This document shows, piece after piece, positions 6,443 to 16,007 of a DNA stretch of 37,490 nt. The position numbers and the translations under genes are program-made. Position 1 is the stretch's first letter. Each line of letters starts with the position of its first letter. Below the pieces are notes generated by a model, which saw nothing but the letters and a program-made list of their open reading frames with translations, did no database searches and was not told where the DNA came from. The DNA comes from a virus (Duplodnaviria > Caudoviricetes): positions 1-37,490 of the IMG/VR virus record IMGVR_UViG_3300030334_000096; one strand, 5' to 3'.

Positions 6443-8701
6443 ATGCGAAACCCCGCGACTGCCGAGATGGCAGACGAGCAAGACACAGCGCCCGTTGAGC
6501 TAGACGCCGACGAGCGCGAGGCATTACGCCAGCAGCAGGAAGAAGAACTGAACATGCTGGGCACCAAGCTTCACCGCTTGGCCCATGAGCAGGTGGCCGC
6601 TAAAGAGCAGATCGAAACCCGCTGGCTGGAAGATTTGCGCCAGTACAACGGCAAGTACACCGAAGATCAGCTTGCCAGGATGCGCCAGAAGGGCGGCAGC
6701 CAGGTGTTCGTCAATATCACGCGCAACAAGACGCGGGCGGCGATTGCGCGGCTCAGCGATATGTTGCTGCCCAACGACGACACCAATTTCGGCATTAAGC
6801 CCACGCCCGTACCGGCGATGAGCAAGCAGCAGGGCGTGATGCAGGCCGATATTCAGCAGCCGGGGATGATGCCGCAAGGCATGCCGCCAGAGATGAAAGG
6901 CCAGCCCGGCATGATGTCAGAGCAGGGCATGCAGCCAGAGCAGCCCGACCCGCAGGCGATTGCCGACGAAGCGGCACGGCAAATGCAGCAGCAGATCGAG
7001 GACGACTTCGCGGAGAGCCGCTACAACGCCCATACCCGCGACGTGATCGAGGACGCCTGCATCCTGGGCACTGGCATTCTGAAAGGCCCGGCTATCGTGA
7101 ACCGCACTCGCCGCGCTTGGACGACCGACCCGGCCACTGGCCAGAGCGTGATGGAGATTCAAGAGGAGTTCCGGCCAGCGGTCGAGCGTGTAGACCCCTG
7201 GGACTTCTTCCCCGATATGTCAGCGGCCAAGATGAGCGAGGCCGAGTTCGTGTTTGAGCGCAAGCTGCTCAACCGCAAGCAGCTGCGCGACCTAGCCGAC
7301 CTGCCTGGCGTAATGCTGCCCCAGCTGCGCCGAGCGCTGGAAGATAAAGACGGCCACCATATTTCCCACGACCGCCGCGACGAGATGCGCGCCATTACCG
7401 GCGTGGATACCGTGGTGAGCGATGCCCGCTACGAGCTATGGGAGTATTGGGGGCCGCTGGATAAGGAAGAATTAGAAGCGTGTGGTTGCGACGTAGACGA
7501 TGACCCGTTAGTGGAATACACCGGCTGCGTGCTGATGGTGGGCAACCACGTTATCAAAGCCGCTCTGAACCCGCTGGAAACCGACGACCTGCCTTATTCG
7601 GTATTCAACTGGGAGGAGGATAGCTCCACCATTTTTGGCTTTGGTGTGCCGTACCTGATGCGACAGCCGCAAAAGGTCGTCAACGCCGCGTGGCGCATGA
7701 TGATGGACAACGCCGGGCTGTCCGCAGGCCCGCAGATCGTAGTCAATAAGCGGGCCGTCACGCCCAAGGATGGCGATTGGACGATTCGCAGTAACAAGGT
7801 GTGGGAATACACCGGCGATGCGCCCATCGATCAAGCGTTCCTGTCAGTGCAAATCCAGAACAACCAGGCCGATATGGCAGCCATCTTCAACATGGCGCAA
7901 GAGCTGGCCGACACCGAAACCAACTTGCCGGTGTTGCTGCAGGGCGAGGGCATGAGCGGCGGCCCCGGTGCCAGAACGGCGACCGGCATGCAGATGCTGA
8001 TGAACAACTCCAACATCGTGCTGCGCAGCGCCGTGAAGAACTTCGATGACGGTATCAGCGTGCCGACCGTTCGCCGCTTCTACGACTACCACATGATGTA
8101 CACCGACCGCGCCGAGATAAAAGGCGACTTCGATGTGGTGGCGAAGGGTACGTCTGTACTGATTGCCCGCGAGGAGCAGCAAGAGAAGTTGATGATGCTC
8201 AGCCAAGTAGCGGCCAATAACCCCATCTTTGCTGAGCTGACCAACTGGCAGGGGCTCTACAAAGAGATCCTGCGCACGCTGCAGGTGCCGGTGGATACCG
8301 TAACCTACACCGACGAGGAAGTGGAGCAGCGGCAGCAGAACCAGGGGCAGGAAGGCCCGCCGCCCGAGCTGCAGATCAAGATGCAGGAGCTACAGCTTAA
8401 ACAGCAGGAAATACAGTTAAAGTCCCAGCAACAGCAGTTTGATCAGCAGTACAAGGCTGCGCAGCTTCAAAGCGACCAAGAGATTGCCCGCCAAGAGATG
8501 GCCATTAAGTACAACATGACTATGGCGCAGCTGGAGGCCAAGTTAGGCCTAGACAGCCAGAGGCTTGAGATGGAAATGCAGAAAACGGCTGCGCAACTAC
8601 AGAACCAGCGTGACGTGAAAGCCGCCGAGCTTACCGAGCGGCAGAACGACCGCATGGCGCGCCGTGACAACATGGCTCAAGGGTACGATTCCTATGGATA
8701 A
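6443..8701 (+). CDS. portal protein
   Basis: 752 aa directly after terL; 'VNITRNK', 'GTGILKGP', 'VDPWDFFPD', 'GFGVPYLMR' podoviral portal motifs; long C-terminal coiled coil (barrel). Confidence 0.88.
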   Translation: MRNPATAEMADEQDTAPVELDADEREALRQQQEEELNMLGTKLHRLAHEQVAAKEQIETRWLEDLRQYNGKYTEDQLARMRQKGGSQVFVNITRNKTRAAIARLSDMLLPNDDTNFGIKPTPVPAMSKQQGVMQADIQQPGMMPQGMPPEMKGQPGMMSEQGMQPEQPDPQAIADEAARQMQQQIEDDFAESRYNAHTRDVIEDACILGTGILKGPAIVNRTRRAWTTDPATGQSVMEIQEEFRPAVERVDPWDFFPDMSAAKMSEAEFVFERKLLNRKQLRDLADLPGVMLPQLRRALEDKDGHHISHDRRDEMRAITGVDTVVSDARYELWEYWGPLDKEELEACGCDVDDDPLVEYTGCVLMVGNHVIKAALNPLETDDLPYSVFNWEEDSSTIFGFGVPYLMRQPQKVVNAAWRMMMDNAGLSAGPQIVVNKRAVTPKDGDWTIRSNKVWEYTGDAPIDQAFLSVQIQNNQADMAAIFNMAQELADTETNLPVLLQGEGMSGGPGARTATGMQMLMNNSNIVLRSAVKNFDDGISVPTVRRFYDYHMMYTDRAEIKGDFDVVAKGTSVLIAREEQQEKLMMLSQVAANNPIFAELTNWQGLYKEILRTLQVPVDTVTYTDEEVEQRQQNQGQEGPPPELQIKMQELQLKQQEIQLKSQQQQFDQQYKAAQLQSDQEIARQEMAIKYNMTMAQLEAKLGLDSQRLEMEMQKTAAQLQNQRDVKAAELTERQNDRMARRDNMAQGYDSYG

Positions 8702-8897
8702 CCTCGACCGCCACTCAGGCACTTGGCAATCCGTGACTAAGTGGCTGCAGGATCGCCGCCAGCAGTGCGTTGAGTCGCTGATTAACGGCAGCCCCAACGA
8801 CGACAAGCTGCGCGGGGAGATTCGCGTCATTGATGACCTGATCGCTAACGCGGACGACACGCCCGCGCGAGAGCCGCTACCAGATACCGATTACTAA
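8694..8897 (+). CDS. small conserved head-module protein
   Basis: 'TWQSV..WL......L.......KLRGEIR....L' pattern commonly found between portal and scaffold; ATG 8694 overlaps the portal end. Confidence 0.6.
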   Translation: MDNLDRHSGTWQSVTKWLQDRRQQCVESLINGSPNDDKLRGEIRVIDDLIANADDTPAREPLPDTDY

Positions 8898-8919
8898 CCT
8901 GCCGCTGCGCGGGTTTTTT
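8897..8919 (+). terminator. intrinsic terminator
   Basis: ACCTGC-CGCTGC-GCGGGT followed by a T tract. Confidence 0.5.
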
Positions 8920-8980
8920 ATTGCCTGCACGCAGGCCAACCGCGTCGTGAGACGCCACAGCCGTTCGGGAGAACCGCTAC

Positions 8981-9874
8981 ATGAGCACCGAGAACCAGCC
9001 GCTTGATAAGCCGCAGGATACTCAAGACGACTTCGACAGCGCGTTTGACGAGTATGCCGGAAAGACCACGGCACCCGATGAGCGCGACGAGTACCACCGC
9101 GACCAGGAGCCAGAGCAAGAGCCGGACCCAGAGGGCGAGGAAGAAGAAGCCGCCCAGCCTGAGCCGGACATTAACGAACGCCTAAGCGCGCTCGAGCAGG
9201 AAAACCAGAAGCTCAAGCACTCTGAGGCCAGTCAGCGCGGCCGCCTGGGCGCGTACCAACGACAGATCAACGAGCTGCAGCAGCAACTACAGCAACGCCA
9301 GCAGCACACCCAGCACGCCGATGGCCGGGAGAAGTCCGACGACGAGCGCCGCGACGAAGCTGCCCAAGAGATGGGCAGCGACGATTGGGACGCTTTTAAG
9401 GAGGACTTTCCCGACATGGCCCGCGCCTTCGAAGCTCGTCTGAAAGCAGACCAGCAGCGGCAGGCGCAGTTAGAACAGCAGCTCCAGCAGCTGCAATCCG
9501 CAGTGCAGCCCATCCAGCAACAGGCGCATGAACAGCAGCTTCAATCGGAATACGCCCGCCTCGAAAGCCGGCACAGCGATTGGCGTGACGTGGTCAATGC
9601 CCCTGAGTTTCAGTCATGGCTGCAAAACCAGAACCCGGCTATCCAGCAGCTTGCGGGAAGCGAAAGCGCCGATGACGCATCCGCGCTCCTCGATTTCTAC
9701 AAGGGCAACATGCCGGGCGATAACAGCCGTGCCACTCAGCACGACAAACGGCAGAGCCGACTAGCGAACGCCCAGACCGTGAGCCGCCGAGGGGCCGCTC
9801 AACAACGGGGCACGCCAGACGACTTCGATGCCGCCTTTGAACACTACGCCGCCAAAAAAGCGCGGCAACGCTAA
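8981..9874 (+). CDS. capsid scaffolding protein
   Basis: Acidic, Gln-rich coiled-coil protein immediately upstream of the major capsid gene; 'H.DW..VV....FQ.WL' motif. Confidence 0.75.
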   Translation: MSTENQPLDKPQDTQDDFDSAFDEYAGKTTAPDERDEYHRDQEPEQEPDPEGEEEEAAQPEPDINERLSALEQENQKLKHSEASQRGRLGAYQRQINELQQQLQQRQQHTQHADGREKSDDERRDEAAQEMGSDDWDAFKEDFPDMARAFEARLKADQQRQAQLEQQLQQLQSAVQPIQQQAHEQQLQSEYARLESRHSDWRDVVNAPEFQSWLQNQNPAIQQLAGSESADDASALLDFYKGNMPGDNSRATQHDKRQSRLANAQTVSRRGAAQQRGTPDDFDAAFEHYAAKKARQR

Positions 9875-9900
9875 TCCTTCTTACCGTGAGGTAACACGCA

Positions 9901-10893
9901 ATGGCTACTACTACCTATGGCTCTATCTCGCAGCGTACCGCTGCCTGGGCTGCCGCTGAAATGCTGGCTCACGCCGAGCCTATCTTGGTGCTGTCCAAAT
10001 TCGGCCAGTCCAAGCCGATGCCCAAGAACAAAGCCGATACGGTGAAGTTCCGCCGCCCGGTGCCGTTCAACATCCCTAATACCCCGCTGGCCGAAGGCGT
10101 CACCCCGACTGCGCAACAAATGCAGTACGAGGACGTGGAAGTACAGCTCAAGCAGTGGGGCGCTTGGGTTGAAATCACCGATGTGGTCAACGACTTGGCC
10201 GAAGACCCGGTGCTGTCTGACGCTTCCATGCTGTGCGGCGAACAAGCAGCGGAAACCGTCGAGGTGCAGACCTGGGGCGCCATTCGCGCAGGCACCAACG
10301 TGTTCTATGCCAACGGCGCAGCCCGCTCAGCGGTGAACACCAAGATTAGCCTGGCTAAGCAGCGCGCTATCACTCGCGCACTGAAAGCCCAGCGCGCCAA
10401 GAAAGTCACCAGCATGGTGGGCAGCTCTCCCAACTACTCCACCGAGCCGGTTGATGCCGCGTTTGTCGCGTTCGCACATACCGACCTCGAAGCGGATATT
10501 CGAGACATGGTCGGCTTCGTGCCCACTGAGAAATACGGCAGTATGAAGGCGCTACCGTATGAGATCGGCAAGGTGGAGGATGTGCGCTACGTACTTTCCC
10601 CGGTGCTGGACAAGTTCGCCGACGCGGGCGGCACTGCAGGCAGCATGGTGTCTACCACTGGCACCAACGCAGACGTATACCCCGTAGTGTACATCGCCAA
10701 GGAGTCCTACGGACTGGTGCCGCTGAAAGGCAAGAACGCGGTCACGCCGAAGGTGCTGAACCCAGATACCCCGCGTGGCGGCGACCCGCTTGGCCAGCGC
10801 GGCTCCGTAGGCTGGAAAACCTACTTTGTGGCCAAAGTGCTTAACGAAGCATGGCTTGCCCGCCTGGAGGTCGCTGCTTCCGAGCTGGCGTAA
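9901..10893 (+). CDS. major capsid protein, N4-gp56 family
   Basis: 'LVLSKFGQSKPMPKNK.DTVKFRR', 'LAEGVTP', 'EIGKVEDVR', 'DPLGQRGSVGWK' motifs. Confidence 0.93.
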   Translation: MATTTYGSISQRTAAWAAAEMLAHAEPILVLSKFGQSKPMPKNKADTVKFRRPVPFNIPNTPLAEGVTPTAQQMQYEDVEVQLKQWGAWVEITDVVNDLAEDPVLSDASMLCGEQAAETVEVQTWGAIRAGTNVFYANGAARSAVNTKISLAKQRAITRALKAQRAKKVTSMVGSSPNYSTEPVDAAFVAFAHTDLEADIRDMVGFVPTEKYGSMKALPYEIGKVEDVRYVLSPVLDKFADAGGTAGSMVSTTGTNADVYPVVYIAKESYGLVPLKGKNAVTPKVLNPDTPRGGDPLGQRGSVGWKTYFVAKVLNEAWLARLEVAASELA

Positions 10894-10909
10894 CCCCTAA
10901 CCACCCCTC

Positions 10910-10936
10910 AAGCCCCGGCATCCGCTGGGGCTTTTT
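10910..10936 (+). terminator. intrinsic terminator after the capsid gene
   Basis: AAGCCCCGGC-ATCC-GCTGGGGCTT followed by TTT. Confidence 0.75.
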
Positions 10937-10963
10937 ATTTCTGCTTACCGTGAGGTAACCGCA

Positions 10964-11374
10964 ATGTCAGAAGTCAACGTCAACACCATGGACCGCGCCA
11001 CGCTGGAGCAAACCGCTAACGACCTGGGCGTTAAGTTTGCACACAACGCCAGCGACGACACGCTGCGTAACAAGCTGCGTGAAGCACTAGGCGAGCCGCC
11101 AGCGCCAGAGCTGAATACGGCGCCAAGCACCGCTGAAAGCACCAAAGAAAAGCGCTTTGAGATCATCATTCAAACCGATGGCAAGGATAAGCAGCCGGTG
11201 CCCGTGGGTGTGAACGGCAAGATGTGGGCCATTCAGCGCGGCAAAAACGTCATCGTGCCTGAATCCGTGGTCGAGGTGCTGAAAAACGCCAACCGCTACG
11301 AGTACGACCCCAAGGATATGAGCCGCACCGAAGTCTTGGCCTACCCCTTCCAGATCGTGCGCGAAGTGGAGTAA
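10964..11374 (+). CDS. conserved virion-module protein with an N-terminal small helical (HeH/Rho-N-like) domain
   Basis: 'LEQTANDLGVKFAHNASDDTLRNKL' N-terminus and 'VPVGVNG....IQRG..V.VPE.VVEVL.NA' C-terminus. Confidence 0.65.
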   Translation: MSEVNVNTMDRATLEQTANDLGVKFAHNASDDTLRNKLREALGEPPAPELNTAPSTAESTKEKRFEIIIQTDGKDKQPVPVGVNGKMWAIQRGKNVIVPESVVEVLKNANRYEYDPKDMSRTEVLAYPFQIVREVE

Positions 11375-11377
11375 GCC

Positions 11378-11992
11378 ATGACGTTCCTGGAATTGTGCCA
11401 ACGGCTACGCCAAGAAGTTGGCGCAGCCGGGAATGGCCCTGCGAACGTGGCCGGTCAGTCTGGGGAATACGCACGCCTGATCGGCTGGGTGAAAACCGCT
11501 TGGCGGGAAATCCAGTTAGAACGCCGCTGGCGGTTTGATTGGTCGCTCGGCCAAGTGGAGCTGACCACCGAGGATATCCAATACCCACTACCAGATGATT
11601 TTGACGCCTGGGTAGTGGATACCCTGCGTTTCGGCAGCCAAGTGATTCGCGTATTGCCGTGGGAAGAACTGCGCTATGCCGCTAACGACCACCTCACATG
11701 CGCGGCGATTGCGCCGGACGGCGTGCTTCACCTTAACGCCGCGCCTACCAACTCAGGTACGCTGCTGTTTGAATACTGGCGCACCCCGCAGGAATTGGAG
11801 AACAACAACGATGTGCCGCGTATGCCGTCACGCTATCACATGGCGATTGTTTACCGCGCGATGCTGCAATACGGGCTTTATGAGAATGCCCCCGAAGTCG
11901 TGCAGCAGGCGGGCAACAACTATCGGGAGGTGATGATGCGCGCAGCTGCCACCGAACTACCCCCAATTAGCACAGGGGAGGCGCTAGCATGA
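11378..11992 (+). CDS. head-tail adaptor protein
   Basis: 'MTFLELCQRLRQEVG...WV..AW.EIQ...P.MP.RYHMAIVYRAM' adaptor pattern and position. Confidence 0.75.
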   Translation: MTFLELCQRLRQEVGAAGNGPANVAGQSGEYARLIGWVKTAWREIQLERRWRFDWSLGQVELTTEDIQYPLPDDFDAWVVDTLRFGSQVIRVLPWEELRYAANDHLTCAAIAPDGVLHLNAAPTNSGTLLFEYWRTPQELENNNDVPRMPSRYHMAIVYRAMLQYGLYENAPEVVQQAGNNYREVMMRAAATELPPISTGEALA

Positions 11993-13812
11993 GTAGCAGC
12001 GCTTACACCCCTTTGGGCGGCGGCATTGACCTTGTTACACCGCCCGCACAGCTCGCCCCCGGCGCCTGCTTATCCGCCGTCAACTACGACTGCCCAGTAA
12101 CAGGCGGCTATCGTCGCATTGAGGGCTATACGCAGATTGGCCCGGAAGTGCCGGGCACTGGCCCGATGCTGGGTGTGGTGTCGTTTGGCAGCTACGAGCT
12201 AGCGGTGCGGCAGCAGGTGGATATTCCCGCCGAGGAGGAAGGCGGCGACCCTGCCGAATGGGCAGCGCTGTTCGTGCGTGAAGGCGAAGACGCAAGCGAA
12301 ACCTGGCGCTTTGTGTCAGAGGCCAATCTGGGTCGCCACGAATGGACGGAAGGCAACGTATTAGGCACCGAAGGCGGGCGGCGCTTATATGGCGTGGGTG
12401 GCGGCAAGCCGTTCACGTTGGCCCTGCCTGCTGCCGAGGCTGCAGATTACGCCTCTATCACGGCGCTGGTCACTGCGATGGAAAGCCACTTTGCCGATGG
12501 CGTGACCTTTACCAACGCTACGGACGTGCTCACCCTCAAAGATCCGAAAGGGCGCGACATCACCGGCGCTACGGTGCTAGGCCGTGACGGCACGGCTTTG
12601 CTATCGCCTGCTGACGTCACAGGGGATGGCACCACCACTACGGAAATGGCAATCGATCTAGCGAGCATCGAACCCAACGACATTGAGCGTGTGACGTTCA
12701 GCGTAGGCAGTCTCCCGCAGATGAGTATGATTGTCCCGGACAAGACGCTGATCCATACCGAGCTGACCGATGCCCCAAATGGCGCGGTGTTCATCAAGCT
12801 ATTCAAGAACCACCTGTTTTTAGGTTTCACCGAGGGCAGCATTCAACATTCCGAGCTGGGCAAGCCTGCCGAGTGGGATGCCTCTACCGGCGGCGCGGGC
12901 GAAATAGCAGTGGGCCAAACGCTCACCGGCCTAGTGCTGGGCCGTGGTGGCGTATTGCATGTGCTTTGCCGCGACACCATTCAAACCCTGTATGGCTCAA
13001 GCTCGGCCGATTGGCGCCTAGAGGTCACTGTTCCCAATAGTGGCGCACGCCCTTACAGCGGGCAAAGCCTAATGCAGCCTTACTTTATCGCCGAGCGCGG
13101 CATCGGCAGTTTGGAGGCAACCAACGCTTATGGTGACTTCCGGCCCATGCAGCCAGGTTATCAGGTCGAACCCATCTTTTTGCAGGAGCGACTGTTCACC
13201 CGCGTCAAAGCCTCGGCGATCAGCAAACAGCGGGCACAGTATCGAGTGTGGTTCGATAACGGCACCGGCGTGTATATGAGCCCGACCGGCATTACGACCG
13301 TGCGTTTTCCCGCGCAGGTCGAAGTGACGCACAGCGGTGAGCGTGACACCGGTGCCGAGGTGCTGCTATTCGGGGATGACAAAGGTAACGTCTACCGCCT
13401 GGATAACAACGCCACCAGCTTTAATGGCGCGCCCATCGAAGCCTTCCTAACGCTGGCCTATAACACGCTCAAAAGCCCATCGGTACGGAAGCGATTCCGC
13501 CGCGTGTTTTGGGACGTGCGCTCCGGCTCTAACGCCAATATTTCTATCCTCACCGACTTCGACTACGGCCGTGTTGAAACCGCAACACCGCGCAGAGAGT
13601 TCATTCAGTTCCTGCTCGGTGGCGGGTTGTGGGATGTCGCCAACTGGAACCAGTTTAGCTGGTCGTCACCCTCACTAGGCCAAGAGCCGATGAACGTCAG
13701 CGGCACTGGCACCGCCATCAACTTCGCCATCTACTCCAACTCTGACAGTGAGCCCCACGAAATCTTGGGCTACGACATTCACTTTGAACAGCGGAGGCGC
13801 CGCCGTGGCTGA
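11989..13812 (+). CDS. tail nozzle / tail tubular protein B-like (beta-propeller)
   Basis: 607 aa beta-rich protein after the adaptor; 'GGIDLVTP', 'GGYRRIEGY', 'RKRFRR', 'W.QFSW' motifs. Confidence 0.7.
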   Translation: MSSSAYTPLGGGIDLVTPPAQLAPGACLSAVNYDCPVTGGYRRIEGYTQIGPEVPGTGPMLGVVSFGSYELAVRQQVDIPAEEEGGDPAEWAALFVREGEDASETWRFVSEANLGRHEWTEGNVLGTEGGRRLYGVGGGKPFTLALPAAEAADYASITALVTAMESHFADGVTFTNATDVLTLKDPKGRDITGATVLGRDGTALLSPADVTGDGTTTTEMAIDLASIEPNDIERVTFSVGSLPQMSMIVPDKTLIHTELTDAPNGAVFIKLFKNHLFLGFTEGSIQHSELGKPAEWDASTGGAGEIAVGQTLTGLVLGRGGVLHVLCRDTIQTLYGSSSADWRLEVTVPNSGARPYSGQSLMQPYFIAERGIGSLEATNAYGDFRPMQPGYQVEPIFLQERLFTRVKASAISKQRAQYRVWFDNGTGVYMSPTGITTVRFPAQVEVTHSGERDTGAEVLLFGDDKGNVYRLDNNATSFNGAPIEAFLTLAYNTLKSPSVRKRFRRVFWDVRSGSNANISILTDFDYGRVETATPRREFIQFLLGGGLWDVANWNQFSWSSPSLGQEPMNVSGTGTAINFAIYSNSDSEPHEILGYDIHFEQRRRRRG

Positions 13813-14920
13813 TGACCGTTATTACTCTAACACCGACGAGGCTCAACGCTTTCAGCCAGGCACCACAGCGGAAGCGGGGCAGGTTGATCAGAAGTTTGAT
13901 GAAGTGACGGCAGGCTTTCAGGAAGTCGCGCAGGACACCGACCGAAGCCTGAAGCTGCCCGCCGTCACCGGCACAAGCCAGGAGCTTAACGCCACACCAC
14001 TGCAGCGCCGCCGAATGGTTGTTGGCTTTGATGCGGACGGCAACTTAACGCTACTGCAAGGCTTTGGCTGGCGGGGTGATTGGGCGACGGCGACTGAATA
14101 TTTCGTCAACGATGTATTCCGCGACCCGGTTACCAAAAACCTTTACGTCACCGTTACCCGCCATACCAGCGCCGCCGCACTAAGCACCGACATTACCGCA
14201 GAGCGTGTTGAGCTAGCGATTAGCGTAGAGGAGATCGAGGCCGCCAAGACAGCCGCACAAACGGCAGCCTCTACCGCCACCGCCAAGGCAGGAGAGGCGG
14301 CAAGCTCTGCATCTACAGCTGCTGCCAAGGCAAGCGAAGCAAGTGCGTCGGCAGGCACTGCCACCACCAAAGCAGGCGAGGCCAGCAGTTCCGCAGCCGC
14401 CGCAGCCGAGATTTACGACAATTTTGATGACCGCTACCTGGGCGCTAAAACCTCAGACCCCGACACTGATAACGATGGTGATCCACTCTTAGTCGGCGCG
14501 CTTTATTTCAACTCTACTAGCAGCTCTATGCGCCAGTGGAGCGGCAGCGCCTGGGGTGATAGCTATGCCACGGTGGACCTTGAGGGCGATGCTAGCGGCG
14601 CGATTAACATGGCGGGCAACGCCCTGAATATCCGATGGAGCACAAAAACTGCTGCTTATGCGGCGATCAAAGGTGACCGACTGTTGGCGAATACGAGCGC
14701 AGGGGCCTTTACGATAACGCTACCTTCCACTCCCTCGTCCGGCGACGAAGTGTGGTTTGCCGACCCTGGCGCTAACTGGGCGACGAACAACCTAACAGTG
14801 GATGGAAATGGCAATAACATCGACGGCGCAGCGACTTTTTCCGCTGATCTAAATGAAGGTTATTTCGCGGCGATTTATAACGGCGCGGCATGGGTGATTA
14901 AATTTGCAGGGGGTGTGTAA
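13805..14920 (+). CDS. tail fibre protein
   Basis: GTG 13805 with GGAGG SD; 'WRGDWATATEY.VND' module, Ala/Ser/Thr-rich repeats, 'FDDRYLGAK..DP..DNDG..L..GALYFN' segment and a C-terminal 'ANTSAGAFTITLP' beta module. Confidence 0.8.
   Translation: MADDRYYSNTDEAQRFQPGTTAEAGQVDQKFDEVTAGFQEVAQDTDRSLKLPAVTGTSQELNATPLQRRRMVVGFDADGNLTLLQGFGWRGDWATATEYFVNDVFRDPVTKNLYVTVTRHTSAAALSTDITAERVELAISVEEIEAAKTAAQTAASTATAKAGEAASSASTAAAKASEASASAGTATTKAGEASSSAAAAAEIYDNFDDRYLGAKTSDPDTDNDGDPLLVGALYFNSTSSSMRQWSGSAWGDSYATVDLEGDASGAINMAGNALNIRWSTKTAAYAAIKGDRLLANTSAGAFTITLPSTPSSGDEVWFADPGANWATNNLTVDGNGNNIDGAATFSADLNEGYFAAIYNGAAWVIKFAGGV
14272..14400 (+). repeat. three 14-aa (42-bp) tandem repeats in the tail fibre
   Basis: TATAKAGEAASSAS / TAAAKASEASASAG / TATTKAGEASSSAA. 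Confidence 0.7.
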
Positions 14921-15414
14921 TGGGCGCATTAAGTGATTTTGTTCGTAATCCTGCCTTCGAGTCTGCACTGCTTTATGCTGTTGATGAAAAGCCGGATGGA
15001 TCTAGTGGCGGCGCATCTAATAACGACTCTTACCGCACCAGGGATTTAAATACCATACTGGTAAACGATATAGAAGGCGCGTCTCTTGCCTCCAATCGGG
15101 TATTGCTACCTCCTGGTAGCTACTATATTGAAGCGTCGGCTCCTGCCTCATATTCAGATAGTCACCATTTGGCGTTATTTAACTATACAGGCTCTACCTA
15201 TGAGTGTTTTGGCACATCTGAATATACAGATAGCGGAGCCGGGCTCGACCAGACGAGATCCTTCTTATTTTGCAAGGTTACAATTCAAGCGGCTACTGAA
15301 TTTGAGTTTCGCCATTACACTCAGAGTTCACGAACATTAACTGGGTTAGGCGTTGGGAGAACGCAAGGCAGCCCCGAAATATATCTGCAAGCAAAAATCT
15401 GGAAGGTGGCATAA
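14920..15414 (+). CDS. tail-fibre-associated (receptor-binding tip-like) protein
   Basis: Beta-rich 164 aa, lower GC than flanks, coupled to the fibre gene (TAATG). Confidence 0.6.
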   Translation: MGALSDFVRNPAFESALLYAVDEKPDGSSGGASNNDSYRTRDLNTILVNDIEGASLASNRVLLPPGSYYIEASAPASYSDSHHLALFNYTGSTYECFGTSEYTDSGAGLDQTRSFLFCKVTIQAATEFEFRHYTQSSRTLTGLGVGRTQGSPEIYLQAKIWKVA

Positions 15415-15905
15415 TGACTTATGTGCTTATAGAAGGCGGTGTCGTAAGGCAGAAGCAGCCATACCCGCAAGATGGCTTCATCAAAGCGCCCGATCATATC
15501 GTGTGCGGCATGTTTTACGATCACAAGACAGGCGGATTCACCACCCCGCCCAAGTACACCACGCTTGAAGAAGCCAGAGCCGACAAACAGCGCGAGATCA
15601 ACGCCGCTTATTCCTCCGAACTTGATGCCATCCTTTCCGACTACCCGGAAGCTGAGACCAAGACATGGGACAAGCAAGAGAGTGAGGCGCGGGCGTATCA
15701 AGACGATAGCACCGCCTCGACCCCGCTGATTGATGCTATCGCCACCGCCCGCAGCATGGATAAGGCCGAGCTAGTGCAGCGGGTGATTGCTAAAGCGGAT
15801 GCCTGGATTGCGTTAAGTGGGGCAGCGACGGGTAAGCGGCAGGCGTTGGAAGATGCGATTGCTAGCACTGAAAGCTTGGAGGCGCTCGACGCTATTAGCT
15901 GGTAA
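15414..15905 (+). CDS. tail fibre assembly chaperone-like protein
   Basis: 'YP..E..TW.KQE.EARAY...TPLID.IA.AR...GKRQALED.I...LDAISW' pattern. Confidence 0.75.
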   Translation: MTYVLIEGGVVRQKQPYPQDGFIKAPDHIVCGMFYDHKTGGFTTPPKYTTLEEARADKQREINAAYSSELDAILSDYPEAETKTWDKQESEARAYQDDSTASTPLIDAIATARSMDKAELVQRVIAKADAWIALSGAATGKRQALEDAIASTESLEALDAISW

Positions 15906-15926
15906 CGCTAACACTCTGCACCACAC

Positions 15927-15946
15927 GCCGCGAAAGCGGTTTTTTT
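15927..15946 (+). terminator. intrinsic terminator
   Basis: GCCGC-GAAA-GCGGT followed by a T tract. Confidence 0.7.
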
Positions 15947-16007
15947 ATGCCCGCACAAAACACCTATACTATGACAGAGCACTATCCAGCAAGCCGGGAG
16001 GCTTCCT

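Noticed and set aside
13805-15905. Diversity-generating retroelement or invertible tail-fibre cassette
   Set aside because: No reverse transcriptase, invertase, TR/VR duplicate or inverted crossover sites were seen in the window.
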